Source: Bilabrum cf. latius
Lineage: Eukaryota
Assembly (NCBI GenBank): GCA_965178125.1
Contig: OZ237736.1
Location: 1,550,001 to 1,614,000, forward strand
Length of the DNA stretch: 64,000 bases
Direction: 5' to 3'
Numbering within the stretch: position 1 is the first letter of the stretch; each line of letters starts with the position of its first letter. Positions 1-15,800 of this stretch are shown piece by piece. A program made the position numbers and the translations under genes. The notes below the pieces were generated by a model. That model had not been told where the DNA came from. It made no database searches and saw nothing but the letters and a program-made list of their open reading frames with translations.

Positions 1-2528
<2,528 letters not shown>

Positions 2529-2640
2529 TTTACCAACCCTGTGAAGAGGCTGACACAAAAGCAGCAGGTCTTAAGTCAAATTCCGGATTTGTGAGCAAAT
2601 GACGCGCAGCACCCACGAGAACGGTTTTCAAAGGCAGCAA

Positions 2641-4170
2641 TCACATGATATCTTCGGTCACGGGCTCCATTTCCTCCACCTTGCCCACACCGAACTCTCC
2701 CTCGTCCTCGTCCGCCTTGCTCTCCTCGCCCTCCTCCACCTCGGCCGAGCCCAGCCAGTCCACCATGGGCTGCGCCGCCTCCTTGGCCTCTGGCCCCGCG
2801 ATCCCTTCCTCGTCACCCCCCGCCCCACTCGAGGCCCCCGCGCTCCCGAACCACGCCATGAGCGGCTCCTCGTCCAGCGCCCCCGCGTCGTACAGGGCCT
2901 TGAGGCACAGCGGCAGCAGGGGCCTGAGGGGGGGCATGAGTCGGACCACCGTGTCCTCCAGCTGGTGCAGCAGGCACACCTGCTGACGAGTGGCCAGCCG
3001 GGCGCTGCCCGTGTCCAGCAGCGCCACAAGGATCTGCTGGTGCATTTCATCCCTGCACGCGGCCAGCAGCTCGGGCCCCTGCATGGCTGCCCTAAAGTAC
3101 AGAGCGGCCCGCTCGTGGGGGGGCAGCGCCGAGTTGGTCTGCGCCTGCACCACCGTGGTGACGGACCGGACCATATCTGCGTCTCCCGCCTCCTTGAGCG
3201 TGGTCCTGATCAGCAGGGCCGCCGAGTCCAGCGCGCCCTGGTCGTCCACCACCACCATGGCGCCAAGGCGGGACACCTCGCCCTCGTCCAGCTCCGCACC
3301 CGCATCCGCGGCCGTCTCGCCCAGCGCCGCTCCGACATCCAGGTCGTCTGCCGCGCCTCCTCCTCCGGCGATTGCCTTTCCCTCGTCCTCGCTCTCCCCG
3401 TCCGTGTCCGTGTCGGAGTCGGAGTCCTCCTTGCCCTCGTCCCGCTTGCTCTTCTTCGATTTCTTGCTCTTCTTCGATTTCTTGCTCTTCTTGCCCTTCT
3501 TGGCCTTCTTCTCGGCCTTGCGAGTCATCAACTCCTTGGCAATTTGGGTTGCTAGCCTATGGCTCATGTCTACCTTGGACTTGGCACCGCATGCCTTGCA
3601 CTTGAGGCCCAGCGTGCTGCCCTTGCCAGCCTTGTCCTTCTTGCTGAGAAACGTTGTTTCCGGGTTGCCGCACTTCCCGCACAAGACGAAGCGCTGAATA
3701 AAGTGATACACCTCGGACTGCGCATCCTTCTAGTCGTGCACACCGTTTACAATTGCCTTGCTGAGCTGCGCACAATGCATTCAAGACTACGCATGATATA
3801 GCAACAGCTCGATGGAAGAACATAGCGGGCAAACTTGGATATGTGTGCGCCACATATAAAAATGCATTAGTGAGTACCAACAGAGGGCAAACTGACCGAG
3901 GCATGCACAAAGCCCTGGCGAGAAACAGGACAGGTTCCCTTTCGAAGTTGCAGTCCTCACCTTGTCCTCAAATCGAGACTAAGCACCCCTCTCCACGCCA
4001 ATAAACTTGGTCAAATGCAAAGGCTCTCTCTTGATTGCCTCCGCTACGTCAACCATGTTCACCATGACCGTCTTAATACCATTCCCGCTACCCTCTACCT
4101 TCGTGACGATCGCAGGCATCTTGTACCGGTATGCAGGGTCATCCGACCCATTTACGTTAACCAAAGCCAT
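2641..4170 (-). CDS. EIF5: Eukaryotic translation initiation factor 5; one intron (~3766-3960); in-frame TAG at 3979 and 3730
   Basis: Motifs [43 protein letters not shown] and CKACG, plus an acidic W2-type C-terminus ([18 protein letters not shown]). Ends at TGA. Confidence 0.95.
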
Positions 4171-4351
4171 GACTCTAGTGCTTTTGTGATTAAATTCGGC
4201 CAGACTATGCAACTCTATTCAAAGCTCAGTGAGAACGAAGCTTCGAAAAATTCTTTGGTCAAATATACATACTATGCTCAAAAATACACCGTATAATTAC
4301 CACTTCTGCACTTTAATGTTTTTCGTTTAACACTGCTTACACGGCTCCAAT

Positions 4352-6100
4352 ATGCCAAGAATTGAAATGGATATTAAGCTCGATTATCGCGACGTGTTGA
4401 TCAAGCCTCGGCGATCTACTCTGAAGAGCAGATCGGAAGTCGATCTTGAATGCGACCTGAAGATGCAAGGCGGAAGGGTGAGCGCTATTTGTTGCTGCAG
4501 CAGGCTTGCACCGGTATGGTATTGCTACCATTCTGTTTTTTGTCGGCCGTGCCACTGTTTTGTTTGGTCGCGTGTACGCGCGGAATGCGCACTATAAGAC
4601 ATTCTCATCGTGACCTGTTGGATCCATCCGTCTAGACTGGAATTGCAACTGGTATCGCAGTCATGGAAAGGAGTTCCAGTCGTATCTGCGAACATGGATA
4701 CAACTGGTACGATCGCGACAGCCATCGAGCTTGCGAAGCACAAATGCATGACTGCTCTTAACAAGTTCCTGACCGTTGAAGACTACCTGGCTCTGCAAAA
4801 GAGCAACCCTGAGGTCCTACCTTACGTCGCTGTGAGCGCGGGGACTGCGGCATACGACACCGAGATGCTATCTGCGATCCTGACAGCTGTGCCGGAGGTC
4901 AAGGTGATCTGCTTGGATGGTGAGACGACCCCTCTGCGGAAACCGAGATCCGATGCGAACACTGTGGCTCCCAGCCTGGGTTCCTTGATCAGCCCACCCA
5001 ACCACCTTGGTCATGCACCCTCCTCTCCCTCTCTCGCAGTGGCCAACGGGTATTCCGAGAGCTTTGTAGCCCACGTGGCCACCATCCGCAAGATGTTCCC
5101 CGAGCACGTGCTCATCGCGGGGAACGTATGCACGCGTGAGAGGGTCGAAGCTTTGCTTGCGCAGGCAGGTACATGGCGCGCGGCTGCCACCCGTGATGAG
5201 AGCCGATTGCCATCCGCTAGGTCTGCCTTTCTTCTCCAGAATCGACTGCAATTGGCATCTCTCTGCCACAAGCAATGGCATTATCATTATCATCGCAGCG
5301 GAGCAGACGGAGGAGCTGTGCCTCAACGGCGCCGACATCGTGAAGGTAGGCATCGGCCCGGGGTCCGTGTGCACCACACGGTCCCAGACGGGCGTAGGCT
5401 ATCCCCAGCTGAGCGCTGTGCTCGAGTGCGGGGAGGCGGCCCGCGGGCTGGGCTGCCACGTGATGGCCGACGGGGGGTGCACGTGCCCGGGGGACGTGGC
5501 CAAGGCCTTCGGTGCCGGGGCCTCGTTCGTGATGCTCGGGGGCATGCTCGGGGGCCACGACGAGAGTGGGGGAAAACTCGTGGAGAGAGACGGGCGCAAG
5601 TACAAGATGGTGAGAGAAGAGCCCTTAGGGTCCTGCGTGCTGTTTATTGTGGACAAGTTTTGGCACCGCATCAGTGTTAGGTGCATTGCATTGCATTGCA
5701 CTCGTTTCCTCCTGTTTGCCGCGCCCATGCCCCACATCCCCCGCAGTTCTATGGAATGAGCAGCTCCACGGCCATGCTCAAGCACAAGGGAGAGGTGGCC
5801 GAATACCGCTCCAGCGAGGGCAAGACGGTGGAGGTGCCTTACAAGGGCCCCATCCGGGGGACCATCCTGAGCGTGCTGGGGGGGCTCAGGTCCTCGTGCA
5901 CGTACGTGGGGGCGCCCCACCTGGACGAGCTGTCCACCAGGACGACCTTTATCCGGGTGCAGCAGACTGTGAACCCCATCTACGCCCAGCTCAAGACGGA
6001 CAGGTCGCACGGGTACAAGAAGAGCGCTGGCGCTGGCGCTGGCGCTGGGGATGCAGGGGCTGCGACTGGCGGGGCTGCGGGCGGCGAGGGTGGAAAATGA
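4352..6100 (+). CDS. GMPR: GMP reductase; four introns (4478-4660, 4920-5039, 5136-5298, 5610-5746)
   Basis: [70 protein letters not shown] and YRSSEGK. All introns are GT-AG; ends at TGA. Confidence 0.96.
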
Positions 6101-6320
6101 GGGCCGGTGGATCGAACCAGTTGAGATTGGAAACGACATAAACCTAGAATTTAGCACTACGAACGAAATGCAGCTTGCATGCAGCATCGGCAAAGGAATC
6201 GCGCAGTCGTCACACTTGACGGTCGCAACAGCAAGTCGCTCAAATTTTCGGTTCCGTTGCACCGACTTTCTCTTGCCTGCCTGCTGGCACGCCTGTGCGA
6301 CTCCCGAAGACAACATAGGC

Positions 6321-9300
6321 ATGTGCGCATTTTTAGATCGAGCAGAGAACTCGTGGCTTCTTGATAAGCTACGCTCGCAAGTAAAGGCGGAGCAAGATGC
6401 TAGCGGGGGGATGCCAAAGATGACCCCGCTTTCGCTCAAGCGTGAGGGCGAACAGTCATAGAATTTAGTATACTTGTGATGATATCTTGCCGTGTAGCCG
6501 CGATGCTACAGAATTCGCGTTATGCTTGGGCGTGAAACTTGTATAATTCGCAGTTGCATGTTTGAAGGATGGCGGGTACGAATCTCCAGAGCTCAACGAC
6601 AAGATGTACCTTCACTATGGTGTGAGTCTGTTTGAAGTAAAATGCAAGTCGTGTCGTACCCGTGTGTGCCGTGTTGCGAACGCCTTGTCGCGTGATCTCG
6701 GAACTAATTTGATGCTGCAGGGATACTGCAAGATTGAATCGCTTGCACCGTACACCGCCCTGAGAGCACTGTGGCTGAACCACAACGGGATAAGTTCCGA
6801 TGCTGGCATCGAGGATGCCGTCCACCTCCGGGCCCTGTACTTGGGAAGCAACTGCGTGCGCGCCCTCGGACAAGGCCCCCGCGGCGGCGTGCTCGCCCTG
6901 CGGTACCTCACCACGCTGGACCTGGAGCAGAACGCCCTCTCTTCTCTGGACGGCGTGCAGCACCTTCCTCGCCTGCGCACGCTGAACGTGTCCAAGAACC
7001 ACCTGGCGGGCCTGGACGCCCTCCTGCCGCTCGCCGACTGCCCCTCCCTCACCTCTCTCGACATCAGCAGCAACGAGCTGGACCTCGCGTGGGAGGAAGA
7101 CCTAGAGGAGGACGGAAGCGACGGTGACGGGGAGGAAGAAGGCGGAGAAGCGACGGGAGCGGGTGCCTCGGAATCGAAATCCGGTGGCGGCGGCGAGACG
7201 GCCCCGGCCTCCCTGCAAGAGCGGCTGGCAGTGGGGCGCGGGTGGGCCGGGAGGCTGGCCCGGGCCGCTGGGCGCATGATGCGGTCTGGCGAGGGGACGT
7301 CCAAGGGCCGGCAGCAGCTGGCGGCAGCGGTCGGGCTGCATGGGCCCCTGGCCGCCCTGCCGCTGCCCTGGGACCTCGCGGGCGAGGGCGAGGGGCAGGG
7401 CGGGGCAGAGGGTGCGCTTGCTGGTGATTGTTCTGCGGCAGGCGGGCCGCAGGGACTGGTAGAGGGCTTTTCCAAGGCCGTGGAGGCGGCTCGTGCAGCG
7501 GCCAAGGCGGCTTGGTCCAGTGCCGCCGAGAGCGCGCCGGCCGATGAGACCGCCCGGGGAACAGTTCTGAGGGCGCGTCGCGCTGCGGAGGGGGCAGCGA
7601 TCGAGTCAATGCAGGCGGGGCTGCAGGCGTTTTCGCTGGACAGGGGCTTCGCTAGGCTGGTGGGCCGTGTGCTGGCGGGCGAGGTGGAGACCGGGGCCGA
7701 GGCAGCGACGTAGGGTGCGCCGCAAGGGGCTGCAGCAGCAGGAGGCGCCGAGGCTGCTGCAGGCCCCGATGGTCAAGAAACAGGTGGCGAGGGCGAAGAA
7801 GAGCGAGAGGCAGAAGGCGCCATCGTCGAGGTGCCCATCGGGGGCGGCAGCAGCAGCAGGGGAGGCAAAGAGGTTGCGCCTCCTCGGCCGGGCCCCATGG
7901 CGCGTCTCTTCCTGGCCATCATGTCGCGGTGCGGGAGGGCCCCTCGGCTGGACCAGGACCAGGAGGAGGTTGAGGCTAAGAAGCACGGAGCCGGTGCTCC
8001 CGCACCTGCCGATGGCACTGATGCCGAGCCGCAGACCGAGGAGGAAGCGGCGCTCGAGGACGAGGACGCCAGCGCCGCCAAGCCGGACGCAGACCTGCCT
8101 GGCACGGGGTGTGGGCTGGTGACGCTGACCCTCTCGGGGAACAAGCTCCCCTCCCGGATCCGGCAGTACCGCAAGACCCTGCTGTCCACGATGCCCTCCT
8201 TGCTTTGCCTGGACAACAGGCCGGCAGACGCCGCGGAGATGAGGGCAGCCACGGCATGGCGCAGGGGTGGGGCCGCGGCGGAGCGTGCGGAGCGGCAGGC
8301 CATCCAGGCGGAGAGGCAGGAGGAGGACAGGGAGAGGAGGAGGCAGCGGGAGGCGTGGGTGGCCAGGGTGCGAGCGGAGAGGCAGGCAAAGCTGGCTGCG
8401 CTGAACGAGAGCCGCGCCGAGGAGGGACTGGAGCCGCTGAGTTCCCTGCCGATGGAGAGGCGGGTCAGGTACGGCCTGCCAACGGACGCAGATCGTCGGG
8501 AGGCGACCAGGGGGGAGGAGCAGGGGGGCAAGGGGAGCGGCGAGGGCAGTGCTGGTGCTGCTGGCTCCCTGGCACAGGTGCGAGGGGTAGAGGGCGACGA
8601 TCCCAGCGCGGAGGACTGGAGGGGGGTGCGACACCCGGGCTACGACGAAGGGCTGCTCCCCGGGGCGGCAGCCATGGTAGAGGCGTACGAGGGCAAGGAG
8701 TCCGCAGAGGCGTTCCGCCGCGAGCACGGGGAACACGAGGACGGCTCGGCTGGAGCAGGCGGCTCCGCGGACAGGGGCCAGGCAGCGCACTCCTCGGCGG
8801 AGAGGCTGGGTAGGCCTCGGACCGATTCCGAGGAAGCGGCCGAGCTGCAGCGGTAGAGGGCCAAGGCGGTATCCACCGCTGCAGCCGCCGCTGCTGCTGC
8901 TGCTGCCCAATCAGGAGTCAATGAGACCGGGGCACAGAGCGGAGCTGCTGCGGCGGGAGCGGCAGACTCCTTGGGAAAGGGAATGGCCGCACCCACGGCG
9001 AGCGCGCCGGATAGTGCCTCTGCAAGCGCGCCCCATCCACCCGCCTCATCCGAGCAGACGGGGTCGGGAGGCAGCACAGCAGAGGAGCCACCCCCGGCGG
9101 TCCCTGCCAGAGCAGACCCCGTAGCGGAATCCCTGCGGCTGTACGAGGCCAGGGCCAGGAGGAAAGAGGAGGCGCGCAGGGCGGAGCAGCTGGCGGAGAA
9201 AGAGGAGGAGGAGAACAAGAAGAGGAAGCAGCAGAAAGAGGAGGAGGCTCAATCGCGGGGGACCGCCTCGGGGGCAGGGGCATCTGCAGAGGGGTGCGAG

Positions 9301-10308
9301 ACGAGCGGCAAGATGTCGGGACAGGCTTTAGCAGCCACGGATGCGGACGTGGCCGCCTGCTCCCTTGTGCCCTGGTGGCCCAGGCTACGGGAAGTGGCTC
9401 GGTTGATCGCGGGGCGCGCCGGCGAGGACTACGCCAAGGCAGCCAAGGCCGTGAAGGCTGCTCTGCTGCGGGGGCGCGTGGCAGCCCCCGCTGCCGCTGT
9501 CCTGGTGCTCGGTGCAGGGGGGGGCGGCGCTGACGAGGCCCTGTCCGGCCCCCGCCTGATGCAGGCCGCCAGCCAGCGGGTCACTGCGGCTGCCATCCGA
9601 GGGCTGGTGCTGCCGGGGCCAGCATAGGAACCGGATCTCGCACCGGGTACCTCTTGCGTCGGGGAGGGCTCCGCTGCTGCACCCGTGGGGGCGGGCACCG
9701 AGGAGCGGAAGGAGGACTCTGGAGCGGCGGGAGAGGAGGGGGGCGCGGGAGTGGGAGCCGCGGGAACCGTGGCCGGGTGGAGCAAGGAGGCGCTGGCTCG
9801 TGCCAGGGAACAAGCCATCCGGGAGATGCGCGAGGAGGAGGAGAAGAGTGGGCGGGGCGGTGGCGGTGGCGGTGCCTTGGTGCCCTCGCATGGCGGTGGT
9901 GAGGTGGCAATGTCCATGCCTGTCGCTGCGGGGGAGGGCAAGCAGGACGCAGAGGAAGTACCCGGCAGTGGTGTCCCGCTGTTGCCCGGCAGCACGCTCC
10001 CCGTGTCGAGCGGGGCGGTGAAGCCCGTGTCTCGTCTCCTGTAGGGCGACTTTCAGGTGTCGAGCTGGTCGCACCACGTGCAGCCAGCGGCACTGCCCTC
10101 GATCCAAGGAGATGGGTTGGGGGAATAGGGGGAGGAGGGGGCTTCCCATGGGGTCGAGGAGGGCCATGCGGGGGGAACAGGGGCGGGGGCTCTGGGCGCT
10201 GGGGCCGAGCCAGGGGTAGCAGGTGACTCGGAGACGGTGGGCGTGCTCTCGCGCGAGGCCATCCTGGCGCAGATCAGGGGCGGGCTGGGGGGGATGTCAC
10301 CGCCTTAA
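6321..10308 (+). CDS. DNAAF1/ODA7/LRRC50-like LRR dynein assembly factor with long low-complexity extensions; introns 6442-6553 and 6622-6720; five in-frame TAGs
   Basis: MPKMT, PELNDKMYLHY, YTALRALWLNHNGI, LRRs and an LRR cap (LSGN...YRKTLL...LDNRP). ORF pieces join across TAG at 7711, 8854, 9625, 10042 and 10126; first non-TAG stop is TAA 10306-10308. Start uncertain (6168/6321/6411). Confidence 0.75.
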
Positions 10309-10442
10309 AGTAGGTGAGCACTCCAGCCATCTACGAGTGTGGGACCACACCAAGCCACGGCCCGGACCCGCGGAAAGCGCTTGCGCTTCCGGTTTCGGCG
10401 ACTTTTCTGCAGAAGTACAAGACATTTTTCCACATTGCAATA

Positions 10443-12720
10443 ATGGCGTCCCCACGGATGGTTCAAAGCGTACAGCTGTCAATATAGCTAAAGGGGGTCG
10501 CTTCCCTCGATTTTTTGTCCAAATCGGACGTTTTTTGCGTATGTTATGTCGGATCCAACCGCAGCGGGCCCTGGGCAGAAATTGGACGGACTGAGACAAT
10601 TTGGAACGATAACAACCCAACTTTTAAGGAAGTAAGATAATTATTGTTATATGCTAAGATTTTGCTTGGCCGTATGCTTGATCGCTGCCAGTGCCTGTTG
10701 ACTGTGGTGACCAGCAAGTCTAGCTGCTGCGAATTCGCAGGTAATTAAGACAGAGTACCATTTTGAAAGGACCCAATGGATCCGAATTGAAGCCTACGAC
10801 AACGATGATGCTGCCTCTACAAGGTTGGCAGACCATGATTACGTTGGGGAGATTGTGCTCATGCTATCGTAGATCATGTCGTCCGGACTCGTCTTCAAGA
10901 CCCATTTGCACCCAAAGTCGATGGGCCACCGCGGGCATGCGCCGCCCGCGATCGCAGTAGCCAACACGCCAAAGTCTCACGCGCTGGCGAGGCAGCCCAT
11001 CATGATTGTCAGCGCCGCCGCCGTCAAGAACGGCGGCCGGGACTTGATCGACTTCGAGGCCGAGGCCGTTGGCGTCTCCGGTGGCTGCGGCGGAGGCGAA
11101 TGCACCCTCCTGCTTCAGCGCAAGTCCACCACTGGCGCAGTGGTCACCACGCACAAGGTCCCCTCGGTGCCCATCGTGGCAGGCAGCGCCAAGTTCCGCC
11201 GGCAGAAGGTCAGGCTGGGCACGCTTGCTCTGGGTGATCAGAACATGACGATCCAGGCGTCCGTGCAGGTGGACGGATGCGGGGGCCTCGGGGAGGCGGG
11301 GCGGGTGGAGTTCACCGCCGCGAAATGGGCCGAGCTTGGGGCCACTGGGGAGCCAGGGGGTCGCGCCGCCAAGGTCAAGACGGTGAAGGGGGGCGCGGGC
11401 AGCAGCACGCCGTCCTCATGCACCCTGACCCTGCACAAGTGGACCCTCACTGAATGCCCCCCTCTGATCAATTACCTGGGGGGAGGCCTCGACATCAACC
11501 TGGTGGTCGCTGTGGATTTCACCGCCAGCAACGGGCCGCCGTCAAACTCGAGCTCCCTGCACTACATCGGGGGCGCGGGGGGGAACAACCAGTACCTCGA
11601 AGCAATGAGCACCATCGGGACTATCGTGCAGGAGTACGGGATCAGTGACGTGCCCGCGTACGGGTTTGGGGCGCAGCTGCCCGGGCAAGGTGAGGCGAAC
11701 CACTGCTTCCCTCTGACCCTGGACCCCAGGCAGCCCACCGTAAGGGGGCTGGACGGTGTGAGACATGCATACCAGAACGCGGTGCGGTCGGTACAGCTGT
11801 GGGGACCGACCAATTTTGCGCCCATCATCAACCGCGTGGCGGAGATCGCCAGCCAGCGGGAGGCAGGCATGCTTGCGGGCGGTCCTCTCGCGTTCGAGGT
11901 GCTCCTCATCCTGACCGACGGCGTCATCACGGACTTGCCCGACACGATTTCAGCAATCATCCGAGCGTCCAAGCTGCCCATGGCCATCATCATCGTGGGG
12001 GTTGGAGGCGCAGACTTTGAGGCCATGGACTACCTGGATGCGGACGATGGCATGCTCAAGGACATGTACGGGAACGAGGCGGCCAGAGACATCGTGCAGT
12101 TCGTGCCAATGCGGCAGTACCTGGGGAGAGACAGGTGGGCTCTCGCGGCTGACACGCTCAAGGAGCTCCCCGACCAGATCGTTGACTACTTTGTCATGAA
12201 AAAGATTCCGCCCAGGCCTGTGCCGGAGCCCCACGGTGCTGGTGGAGCGGCGGCAGGAGGAGCCGGCTCGTATCCCGGTGCCGGTGCGGGGGGCGATGCT
12301 CCTGGGTACCCTGGTGGGTCAGCGGGTGGTGGGGCAGGTGGGCCAGGCCTCGGTGCGCCAATCCCAGCCATGGCGTAGAGCCTAGTATCTGCGGTCGGGC
12401 ACAGCGGGCCCGCCGGTGGAAGCTCGCAATACCCGACAGGCGGGGCGGCAGCTGCAGGGCCGGGATACCCAGGTGGCAACGGCGGAGGATACCCCGGTGC
12501 CGGGCCTGGGTATCCCGGAGGTGCAGGTGTGGGGGCTGGGCCAGGGTACCCTGGAACAGTCGGTCCACAAGGAGTTTAGCTGGAGATGGGTGCAACCAAG
12601 GCCGGGGTAGGTCCTGGGGGCAGTTCGCTGCCGTACCCCACTGGAGGTGCCAGTGGGGAGGCTGGCGCGCCCCGGACCGGTGCAGCTCCAGGGAGCGGCT
12701 CGGGTGGAATAAGCCTGTGA
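10443..12720 (+). CDS. Copine (C2 domains plus vWA) with Gly/Pro/Tyr-rich tail; intron 10632-10740; four in-frame TAGs
   Basis: SKSDVFCV, WAEIGRTETI, YHFERTQ, LS*IMSS, VAVDFTASNG, PAYGFGA, WGPTNFAPII, ILTDGVITD and RDIVQFVP. TAG at 10485, 10870, 12376 and 12577; ends at TGA. Confidence 0.93.
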
Positions 12721-12848
12721 CTGAAAAATAAATAGACAATCCAGGGGTTGGCATCCTACGATCACCCGGATCTGATTGGCATTCTCCATACTACACCACT
12801 AGATGTTTTTGACCTACGGCGTCAAACTAGTGTGTAATCCACTGTGGA

Positions 12849-15800
12849 TTACTGGCGCTAGCAGACATGCCAGACTTCATGCCCCACGCTGCACACGAAC
12901 CCAGGTTCATCGGCACCGGGCTGCACCCCAATCACACCTAAGCTGACAGCAGCAAAACTAGTCGGCGACTTCTCCAACGTCAAGTCAACGTCGTGCCCAG
13001 AAGGCACGCCATCGCCAGAATTGCCATTCTCATGGCGGCAAAGCACCTCATCATTCTAACCGTCCGGTACCATTGACCAGCTCCACAGTCGGTGCGCACC
13101 GCTGCGGCGCACACCTCGAGGCTTGCGGCCCGAGCTGCGAGGGCTGTCGTGATTTCCTCCCAGTGCATTCGCTAGATCCGCAGGCGTGCAGAGGCCTGGC
13201 GGCCCCAGAAGCGCATCTGCGTGTCTCTCTGATGCCACTGCAGCCGAGCTGCCCATATCTCCAGCAACTCGGTGGGCTGCCTCTAGCGCAAGTTGCAGCC
13301 CCTCGAACTAGTCTAGCTTAAGTGCCCCATCCTCAAATAGGCTTGCCGTATCCACAGGACGATAGCCCAGAGCCGCTCTCGCCACAGCAAAGGACGGGTC
13401 AGCCAACGGCTCGCCAGGGTTCGTCGCGTCCGTCGCCTCGCTGCCCGACCGGCGCCCATCCATGATCAGTGATTGCAGCCGGCCTCCAGGCTCACGAGCT
13501 ATAGGTGGGGAGCCTCCCGAAGCATGACCTCGGTCATCCGATCGATGCTTCTCCAGAGAATCGCCGTAGATCTCGCGCAAGTAGTCTCTCTCAAAGCTCC
13601 CGCTCTCCTGGTTGCCGTCGAACGCGGCACCGCCCTCGACACCATGATGGCTGCCTTGGCAAGCAGGGAACACTGGACCCACCTCGTCGAAATCAATACC
13701 CTGTCGATGCACGACTGCGCGTCGCCACTTGCCACGGAGTCCCGCAGCATCCAGCGCTAACACCGCGCAATCAGAGAAGTGTCCGCTTGCGTGTTCCAGT
13801 GCCGCCCGAGCCGCGTGTAGGGCACCGGCCGCCAAGGCTGCACCGGCAGCGCATGCCACCCCTCCAGTCGCTCCTGGGCCCCCGCCAACCGCCAGCATGG
13901 GAGCCAATACCTGAGATATCTGTTCGACGACCTGCCTGGCGCGCTTACCGCCGCTTAGGCTTGTGTGCAGGTGCATGGGAAGGTGCGCTGCTGCCCTGTT
14001 CGAGCTCTGGTCGCTGAAGGGCCAGGAGGCCAGCGGAGAGGCCGCCCTGCTGTACGGCCACGTGGGCGAAGGCCCATATTGCAACGAGCTTGCACCGGCT
14101 CGCGGTGACTAAGGCACATACGTTGATTGGTCAGATCGCGCTCGTGCAGCAGCGAGGGCCAGGGCCGCAGCTGCCACCCCGTGCACCTGGGCGTGTACGA
14201 GGCCGGCGAATGGATGTTGCCCAACCGTCGATTGATCCCCAGCGGTATCGGCCTGCATGGGTGCCACACCAGCAGCTTGCAACAAGCAGGGGTCGGCACG
14301 GGCATCAGGAGGAGTAGACAGCCTCTTCGCGCGCACTCTGACACACAGCGGGCCGACAGCACTCCGGTGACCCCGAGAATCACCGGCACGATTTGATCGC
14401 TGCTACGTTGCCGTTTGTACTGGCTCTAGGCAGGTCTCAAGGAGCTCGACGGCGCCGCCGTTGCCCGACTGCGCAGCTATTGGGCATGTCTCTGCCCTGG
14501 CCTGCCTCAGCGCGCCTTTCCACACGTCTCGCGCGGCCTCTTCAACGCTATCGGTCGTTGCTGCATCGCTAGGTTTAGGCAGCTCGCTACCGTAAAGGAA
14601 TAGCCAGAGCGTCGAATCTTCAGGAGTTTTCGGTGGCGAAGACATGCTGCCGTCGATTGCAGCCCCGGTATGCCTTCGCTTGGAGGCGCGCACGAGATGG
14701 CTCCAATACGCAACGCTGCTATCCTTTTCATGTTTGAGCGCAGTCTACCATTGGCTTGGCTCGTCGTTCCAGCTTCCAGCACGAGCCTGCAGCAGCACAG
14801 CCGCTCGAGCAGCGCTTGTATCCGACCATTTGTGCTTCACAGCACCCGCTATCGAGGAGCTGTGGTGTCCGGCTGGCATGCTGCGATCTTTGGAAGCCGC
14901 TATCGAGGAGCTCTGGTGTCCGGCTGGCATGCTGCGATCTGTGGAAGCCGCTATCGAGGAGCTGTGGTGTACGGCTTGCATGCTGCTCGAGGAGCTGTGG
15001 TGTCCGGCTGGCATGCTGCGATCTGTGGAAGCCGCTATCGAGGAGCTCTGGTGTCCGGCTGGCATGCTGCGATCTGTGGAAGCCGCTATCGAGGAGCTGT
15101 GGTGTCCGGCTGGCATGCTGCGATCTGTGGAAGCCGCTATCGAGGAGCTCTGGTGTCCGGCTGGCATGCTGCGATCTGTGAAAGCCGCTATCGAGGAGCT
15201 CTGGTGTCCGGCTGGCATGCTGCGATCTGTGGAAGCCGCTATCGAGGAGCTCTGGTGTCCGGCTGGCATGCTGCGATCTGTGGAAGCCGCTATCGAGGAG
15301 CTGTGGTGTCCGGCTGGCATGCTGCGATCTGTGGAAGCCGCTATCGAGGAGCTCTGGTGTCCGGCTGGCATGCTGCGATCTGTGGAAGCCGCAACGTCGC
15401 GATGCACCCCGCCCTCGATGGCATTTCGCATGCGCTCAGCCCAGCCAGAGAGCAGAGTCTTGTACACATCAAGATGCTGGGAAGCCTGGATCTGCGCACC
15501 CACGGGCCCCGCTGTAGCCATTCGAGCAGCCAGCATGCGTTGGCTCCCGGCCAGCCCGGTCCTGCCCTAGAGCAGCACCAGCGAATCAACCGCGTCTCGG
15601 AATGCATCGTCTTCTGGGACTATCTCGCGCTCTGAGGCTAGACCAAGCACCGAGTGCATCATGCGAAGCGCGGCCGAGTCCTCTTTAAACTGGGCTACCG
15701 ATTCGTAGGCAGCCTGGTCCAAGGCCACGGCTGTCACTGCTGCAGCTTGCAGCAACTGCTCCTGCAGCTCCCCGTGTGCGTCCAAGCCGTCTCCACGCGG

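Noticed and set aside
6622-6720. Cys-rich in-frame insert in the LRR protein
   Set aside because: Better explained as a 99-nt GTGAGT...CAG intron whose removal restores LHYGGY spacing.
14846-15392. Possible CRISPR array
   Set aside because: Contiguous units with no unique spacers, no cas genes, eukaryotic context, and located inside a reading frame.
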